Below are positions 59,001 through 64,000 of a stretch of DNA of 64,000 nt, piece by piece. Origin of the DNA: Cyanophora paradoxa CCMP329 (Eukaryota; Plantae; Glaucophyta); NCBI GenBank assembly GCA_004431415.1, contig QPMI01000596.1:1-64000 (forward strand). Reading direction: 5' to 3'. A program made the position numbers and the translations under genes. Position 1 is the first letter of the stretch. Each line of letters begins with the position of its first letter. The notes under the pieces are model-generated. The model was given only the letters and a program-made list of their open reading frames with translations. It did no database searches and was not told where the DNA came from.

Positions 59001-62000
59001 GTGCGCAGTACAATACCCCGCGACGCTCCCCCGCGCCCGTGCCCGCGCCCGCGCCCGCGCTCGACCTAGGCCTCGGCTAGAGGGTCGTTTCAGGCCTAGG
59101 CCTATGACAAAAGGCTACCGATCGGCCTCACCTCCTAGTTACGGTCACCTGTTAGCTAGCTATATTCATCACTCGCCTCGCCGAGGTCAACTCCGCCGGG
59201 GGCCGCGCGCGGCAGGTCCTAGCTAGCTAGCTATAGCCCTCCCCGAGCTAGCTAGCCTCCAGATCTCACTGAGCCAGCCAACTCGCCCCTCCCCGCCTTA
59301 AGCTTGCTTAGCGTTCGCCTCGCCTCGCCTCGCCTCGCCCCTCCCCGCCTTAAGCTTGCTAAGCTTCGCGCGGCAGGTCCTCGCGTGGGTCTCGACGCTG
59401 ATGCGCAAGGCCGACCGCGCGGGCTTAATGCACCCCCCGTGCGCCCCGCCCCGCCCCCGCCCCTCCCGCCCCGGCCCCAAAATCAAGCGAAGACATACCC
59501 CCGACGACCCCCCCCCGCCCCGCCCCCGCCGCCGCCCCCGCCCCCGCCCCCTCCCGGCGGCGCCCCGCCCGTACTGATACTCGCCGCGCCGGCCCCGGGG
59601 TCGCTGGCAGGGGGTACGGGATCGGGGTGCTGGACAGCACGATGGCGGTCTTCCGCGCCGAGGCCGCCAACTGCCTCGGTGCGCCTGCACCTGCTAGGCT
59701 ACGCCGCGCCGGGCTGAGAGCCTGGGATAAGGGACCCCTAAGCCCAGATCCACCCCTACTAGGCTACGTATAGGCTGTAGGCTACGCCTGCTGTAGGCTA
59801 CCCCGCCCGGCCCCGGGCTAGGCCGGGCCTAGATCGGCCGCAAGGCCGCAAGGCCGCAAGGCCGCAAACGCCCCCTGATCTTCCGCGCCGAGGCCGCCAA
59901 CTGCCTCGGTGCGCCCCTGCGCCGCGCCCGGCCGGGCTAGGCCGGGCCTAGATCCCGTAGGCCTGCCGGGGCGCGCCGACTAGATCCTAGGGCTCCTAGA
60001 TGCCACCTGCCTCGGTGCGCTTGCTAGGCTACGCCGCGCCCGGCCGGGCTGGGACAAGGGATTCCTGGGCCTAGATCCGCGGCCGCCCCTACTAGGTTAC
60101 GCCGCGCCTTTTAAAAAACTTCGAATAGATCTGACCTCCTTTATCAGTGTACCCCACCACTCAGATCCCGTACATCTACACGCGTCTCATCGGGCTCGTG
60201 ACCCGGGTACGTCGCTCTTGCGCTGGCCTCCCGTACCCCTCTGATTTGTCGCCCCCCCCCCCCCCCCCGCGTCCAAGGTGCACCTGATGATGACATGCGT
60301 CCTCGCCGGTACCCCTCGACCCGGCTCTCTTTCATGTACCCCCGTCCCCCCTGACAACCTGTATCCCCCTAGCCACCTGGTTCTCGAATGGCATCGTCCA
60401 GAAGGTACCCCTTAATTTCTCGCCCATGTACCCCCGCCTCGCGGCGCCGATCCTTGTACCCCCGCACGCGCAGTCCGCTGACAAGCTGGTGTACGCGATT
60501 CTTCTCATGTTCGTGAACTCGATCATATACGAGGGGATCATTCGCTTCCATAGGGGTACGCGAAAGTTCTAGATCTCGTCTAATTATAACTATGTCTAAT
60601 CTTCTCATTTCCCTTGAATTCAGAGCTGTGGAACCCGTACGACAAATACGCGGTGCGCGCGCGCGCGCGGGACGCGCGCGGGGTCCCGCGCTCGAATCCG
60701 CGCGCGGTCGTTCCTAGCTGGTCTGGATCCGCTGATTTTAATCGGCCGCTCGATCGCGCGCTCAGACCAACTTCCCGACGCGCGTGTACTGGGACGCCAT
60801 ACGGACCCTCAGCGGGAGGCTGTTAGAGGTACCTTCCGCCCCTCGGGCCCGGCCCGGCGCCGGTGCCGGCGCCGGCCCGGCCCCCCGGCAGGTGCCCGAA
60901 GCAGAAGCGCTTGCGATGTTCGCGTACCCCTCCAGCGCGCATCAAACCGATCGGTCATGGCGCAGGAGCAGCCGCTGCGGAGCGGTGGCGCCGGCACACT
61001 CTCGGCCGCCTCGCACCTCCCTGTACCCCCAAAGGCGCCCCCTGTACCCCACGCGAGCCACGTACCCGCGCGCTGACTCTACCCCATCCCCCCCACCCCG
61101 GCAGCCCGACATGCTCGTGGACGGGCCTACCCCCCCGACTTCTCCCCCCCTCAAGCCAGCCGCGTGGATCAAGGACGCGAACGGGTACCCGCCGCCCGCA
61201 TCGCCGCTCGCGATTGCCGCCCGACCGCCCCGCAGCGCGCCCAACGGATCGGCCCCCGCCCCGCCTCCGGACCCCAGCCCGGGCCCGGAGCCCCCGGCGG
61301 CCCTGAACTCCAGCGGACCCATCTCGGACGGGTACCCTTTTCCTCCCAGCGCCCGCTCCGCCGCATCTCGGCTGACGCTGTACCCGGCAGACGCGCCGTT
61401 CTCCACAGGGTCCTTTCCGATGCCGGTTTCCGGCCCGTGTACGCCCCCTCGGAATCGTCCCCTCCCTCGTCCCTGCAGCCCTCCTCCGCGCCCCTCTTTG
61501 CGGCTCCCGTACCCGTACCCGTACCCCCCCTCGACCCTCCAACCGACGGGGACGCGCCGGCACCCGCCTCGGCTCCCGCCTTCCCCCCTCCGCCTGCTCC
61601 GCCCTCCCTCGCGCTGCCGCCGGCGGCGCCGTTTTCGGAGCAGCCTGTGCGGGGGCCAAGCCCTGCCTTGAACTTACCAGCCGCGGCGAAGGGGAACGAC
61701 GCGCCCAGAGTCAGCTCTCTACCGTCCGTTTCCCCGCCCCCCCCCCCCCCCCCCCCCTCGCCCATCCTTCCAATCCGTTCGCTCTATCGGACCCGGCGCC
61801 CCCTCTCAGATCTCGGTACCCCCCCGACTCGAGTCCTGGGCCCTCGCCGGCCCGGCCCCAGACCGGTACCCGGCGGCGCCCCAGCCTGCTCCCGGGGCCC
61901 CCCTACATGCACGCGCTGGATCCCCACGCGCCCGTACCCCTGCCCCCCGCCGCCCCCTCCCCCTCTCCCTCCCCCAAGCCAGGCTCGGCGGTACCCCTCC

Positions 62001-62269
62001 GGGCCCAGACGCCCACGCAGGCCGGCGCCGGCCGCGGTACCCCCGGTCCACGGACCGGACCGCAAGTGACCTTCGCCCCCGTACCCGTGCAGCACAAACG
62101 GGACGCCCATTTCGGCTCGGCGGCCGCCTACGCGCCCCCGCCGCCCCCGGTCGAGCTCGCCCTCGGGAGCGTCGTCCTCGGGTTCGAATCCGGGCAGGAG
62201 CTCGAGGGTTCCCCGGATCCGGACGTATTCGCGCCGCACATTGAACGGGGCGTTACGGGCCGGGGGTGA
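56078..62269 (+). CDS. Bestrophin-family anion channel with long N- and C-terminal extensions, multi-exon
   Basis: STLVSFLLTQFVAQTFSRWW, VQGRTADF, DLLELGVMREEEWEAL, VLAWVSTL, IPYIYTRLI, ELWNPYD...NFP. Confidence 0.82.
58751..58805. repeat. (TCTGA)n microsatellite in a bestrophin intron
   Basis: Visible pentamer run. Confidence 0.9.
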
Positions 62270-63109
62270 TTCGCCTGACTGCGGCTTGCGCGGTCAGGCT
62301 TGGACCTCATCGAGTCATTTCAATTTTGATCCAGTCTGTATCCGGATACGGAATCATGTATCATAGTAAATTTAAGTATATTGCTAGGTCTACGTGATGA
62401 TGATCGTTTCTTCGAGTTCCATGATGTGCACGTAACGCGTACGTACTACTGTAATAACATTTCGAATTCGGAACTTTGGAACTGTTTTAGCCTCCAGTGA
62501 CTCTCATGATCTGGATCCTGTTGACGTTCGAACTCTTTTACGTAGGCCTGCCGCCGCCAGATGCAGGCTGTCGGGATGCCCCGCCATCCGATGATCGAAA
62601 CTTGAAAATGAAAAGTCTTGTCCGACGGTCGTCATGATCAGGTACAGCCCGGCGGATGCATCAATGAAATATTTGTATTGCAATTGACCGTGACGATTCG
62701 AATTCTACAAAGCTACAGTCCTGAGTATCATACGTATACCTGCAATTGAAAACGTATGCTTAGTATCAACTAGCACCCGGGCAGCGAAGTAAATCACCGA
62801 CTCGAGCCTTGAAGTACACTTCACACAAATCACGACCAGCGACCCTGGGGGCCCACGTAAGGAAGTCTAGAGCTAGCCTAGCAGCTATGGTAAAATCCGA
62901 AAGCGTCTGAAAAGCTATCAGATTATTCAACGTACAAGTACACTGTTGGGCTGGGACAACTAGTACATCGGGGCGCATGCCGCGCTCGAAATGATAAGCG
63001 CCCTCTTTCATGCGAAGCGGGGATCATCGTAACTGGGGGGTCCTAGACGGAACACTGAAACGCTGCTTCAAACTACTGAACAGTATAGCAGCCGCTGGGC
63101 GATAGAAAA

Positions 63110-64000
63110 TCACGCGGGCGCGTCGTCCCGCCCCGGAGAGCCGATTCGGCCGTTCGCCTGCTGCAGACTCGCCGCGCCCGGCTTCGAATCCTCCTGCCCG
63201 GATTCGAGCTCGAGGAGCACGATGCTGCCGAGGGCTACCGGGGGCTTGTAGGCCGCCGCCGAGCCCGGGGAGGGGTACGTCCGATCGGGGCTCGGGCCCT
63301 CCGGGGTAGGGGCGAACGTCACCTGCTGCCCCTGGGGCCGCGGGGGGGTAGACGACGCGCCTAACTTGGAGGGTCGCCGCAGGGCCGACGGGGGGGTATC
63401 GGGGGCGGAGAAGGAGGGTACGGCGGAGGCGGAGGGGGAGCGGGAGCGGGAGGGGGCCGGGGAGGGCGTGGCGGGGGGGACGTGGGGGGGTACGGGGTAT
63501 TCTTCGGGGGGAGGGGGGCCGGAGGGGGGCCTGGGGCCGGAGGGTACGCGGGGGAGGTAGCTGGGGCGCTTAGGGGTCTGGGCCCTGGGCGCCAGCGGCG
63601 CCGGCGCCGGCGACTGGTCGGGACGAGGCGGCGAAGGCGGCTCCGCCGAGTGTGCGTGGCCGCGCCCGGGGGAGGGCGGCGGGGCCCAGTCGGGCGGAAT
63701 CCACTCGATCGCTCCAGCGCCGGCGCCTCCGCCCCCGCCCCGCGCGATTGTTGCGAGGTCCGGCATCGTCCGGAACCGCTTGGACCGGGCCAGGGAGCCC
63801 TCCAGGAGGCCTTCGCCGCTGCCTCCTCCTCCTCCCCCTCCGGCTCCATCGCTGCCCCTCCGGCCCGCCGACCCCGTCCGCTCGGCGCCAGCGCTGTGCG
63901 TGCGGCCCAGCGAGCCAGAGAAGAACGGGTTGGGCGAGCTGTGGCGGCGGCTCCCGCCGCCTCCGCCGGGGCTTGACGGCAGGTCCAGCGCCTCGATACC
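63110..64000 (-). CDS. 3' end of a convergent gene, probable bestrophin paralogue
   Basis: C-terminus QVTFAP...GSAAAYKPPVALGSIVLLELESGQE matches the bestrophin tail QVTFAP...GSAAAYAPPPPPVELALGSVVLGFESGQE. Confidence 0.55.
   Translation of the reverse strand, partial: GIEALDLPSSPGGGGGSRRHSSPNPFFSGSLGRTHSAGAERTGSAGRRGSDGAGGGGGGGSGEGLLEGSLARSKRFRTMPDLATIARGGGGGAGAGAIEWIPPDWAPPPSPGRGHAHSAEPPSPPRPDQSPAPAPLAPRAQTPKRPSYLPRVPSGPRPPSGPPPPEEYPVPPHVPPATPSPAPSRSRSPSASAVPSFSAPDTPPSALRRPSKLGASSTPPRPQGQQVTFAPTPEGPSPDRTYPSPGSAAAYKPPVALGSIVLLELESGQEDSKPGAASLQQANGRIGSPGRDDAPA

Noticed and set aside
10200-64000. Hundreds of long Arg/Pro/Gly/Ala-rich ORFs in the six-frame track (e.g. 16270-17580, 17198-18691, 40388-42295)
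   Set aside because: Shadow frames caused by very high GC and few stop codons; they overlap spliced genes on another frame or strand.
1-64000. Assigning a host species; tRNA or rRNA genes
   Set aside because: The intron style suggests a GC-rich alga/protist but is not diagnostic; no RNA gene was recognised.

Overview
Eukaryotic genomic DNA in two compartments. (1) 1-~10204 is an AT-rich, CpG-poor, intron-less endogenous Polinton/Maverick-like viral element whose left part runs off the window. It encodes a PrimPol + D5/SF3 primase-helicase, two small ORFs, a protein-primed family-B DNA polymerase and an rve integrase, with the long ORFs broken by single-base frameshifts. It also has a repeated promoter motif and a ~1.7 kb non-coding end carrying several iteron/hairpin structures. 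The element sits inside an intron of a host gene. (2) ~10205-64000 is very GC-rich, intron-dense host DNA of a protist/alga (the organism cannot be determined from sequence alone). The genes reconstructed by hand are: an EML-type WD40 protein fused in frame to an LRR array and a TIR domain; a possible DUF4378 protein; a soluble (ADCY10-like) adenylyl cyclase-STAND protein containing a 1406-bp tandem duplication; a small Cys-repeat protein; a Nup1/Nup153-like FG nucleoporin; an ABC half-transporter-like protein with all ATPase motifs lost and a C-terminal cNMP-binding domain; a bestrophin; and the 3' end of a probable tail-to-tail paralogue. Nested MITEs are also present. The most notable candidates are the EML-LRR-TIR fusion, the viral element with satellite-like iteron origins, and the pseudo-ATPase ABC-cNMP protein. 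Host gene boundaries were spliced by eye and are approximate.
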